This document shows positions 52,522-53,212 of a DNA stretch of 53,212 nucleotides, piece after piece. The DNA lies in assembly GCA_035328505.1 (NCBI GenBank), contig DAOLIO010000002.1:1-53212 (forward strand). Direction: 5' to 3'. Within the stretch, counting starts at the first letter, position 1. Each line of letters opens with the position of its first letter. Both the position numbers and the translations under genes were made by a program. Origin of the DNA: Azonexus sp. Its GTDB lineage: Bacteria; Pseudomonadota; Gammaproteobacteria; Burkholderiales; Rhodocyclaceae. Under the pieces are notes generated by a model. That model ran no database searches. It was not told the DNA's origin and saw only the letters and a list, made by a program, of their open reading frames with translations.

Positions 52522-53085
52522 ATGACGAAGCAATTGGTGGTTTCTAACCCTTTCCAGGATGGGACCTCTGCCAGTGCTTTGACTGATATTACTGCTCACT
52601 GGATGGCGACCGGGGAGTTGCCGCCCGAGCTGGTGACCGGGCACAAACTCATCGATTTTGAGCATCGATTCCTGATCGGCGCCATTGCCAATCTGCGCAA
52701 GATCTGTATCGATCAATATGGTTTGAAGGATTGTCTGGGTTGTGGTCAAGCCGTTCAGCAGCGCTGCGAAGCTGATTTGATCAGTCTGCTTGGCGATGTG
52801 TTTGCCTTCATTCTCGAACATTTCAAGACTGAAGAAGCGGTCATGCGCGACTCATTGTTGCTGATGGTCGACCGCGATGTCTGTGAAGCCCACATGGAAG
52901 ACCATGCGGCGATTTCGATGACCGTTCAGGAGATTGTGTCCGCGCTTGACTCGCATCACATCGTTTCACGAATTCGCGAACTCGATCAGCTGTTGACCCG
53001 TTGGGTGACCAACCATATCGCGCTGCACGACCTTTTCCTGTCGCGCTGGATTTCCCGCGAAGATTCTCTGATCAAGGGCATCTGA
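52522..53085 (+). CDS. Hemerythrin-family protein with Cys4 insertion
   Basis: TGHKLIDFEH, HFKTEE, HMEDH and HIALHD give the full H/HxxxE/HxxxH/HxxxxD set. ATG at 52522 follows GGAG; GTG at 52516 is an alternative. Confidence 0.88.
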   Translation: MTKQLVVSNPFQDGTSASALTDITAHWMATGELPPELVTGHKLIDFEHRFLIGAIANLRKICIDQYGLKDCLGCGQAVQQRCEADLISLLGDVFAFILEHFKTEEAVMRDSLLLMVDRDVCEAHMEDHAAISMTVQEIVSALDSHHIVSRIRELDQLLTRWVTNHIALHDLFLSRWISREDSLIKGI

Positions 53086-53174
53086 CGCGCCCTGATGCGA
53101 CTGGGCGTTGAGGCCGTTTCCGGCCGACGGCCGTGGCGCGGTAAAATCCGCGCTCCTGAATCAAGAAAGCAGCT

Positions 53175-53212
53175 ATGTCTTCCCGCCTGATCTACGGTTT
53201 TCATGCCGTCAC
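53175..53212 (+). CDS. rlmB: Probable 5' end of 23S rRNA Gm2251 methyltransferase (truncated by window edge)
   Basis: ATG at 53175 reads MSSRLIYGFHAV, matching the RlmB N-terminal YGxHAV motif. rlmB commonly follows rnr. Only 12 codons are visible. Confidence 0.75.
   Translation, partial: MSSRLIYGFHAV

Overview
A 53.2-kb chromosomal window from a betaproteobacterium. Gene order and protein sequences suggest Rhodocyclales (Dechloromonas/Azonexus-like); this is an inference. No integrase, transposase, CRISPR array or rRNA is visible. Left to right: (1) the 3' end of a VOC-family gene; (2) a putative sigma54/NtrC-controlled cluster of transglutaminase-DUF2126 amidoligase, circularly permuted ATP-grasp/alpha-E protein, a second transglutaminase and an HI0933-family flavoprotein; (3) a minus-strand signalling cassette of a REC-HD-GYP regulator and two large hybrid kinases, one with four CBS domains; (4) rsgA, M48 peptidase, orn, an ArnT-like glycosyltransferase, rpmE, rho and trxA; (5) a C4-dicarboxylate locus with dctSR divergent from dctA and dctPQM; (6) the core run ndk-rlmN-pilW-rodZ-ispG-hisS-yfgM-bamB-der-hfq-hflXKC-DUF2065-hisZ-purA; (7) a small secreted Pro-rich protein, tRNA-Leu(CAG) and rnr; (8) a divergent HDOD/hemerythrin pair between rnr and the start of rlmB. 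The best candidates for undescribed biology are the hemerythrin with a Cys4 insertion and its HDOD neighbour, a DctQ with a His-rich and (D/E)RR-repeat tail, the nitrogen-regulated peptide-ligase cluster with no Anbu gene nearby, and the CBS/PAS/GAF double-kinase HD-GYP cassette. All functional calls come from motif recognition by eye, not database searches.
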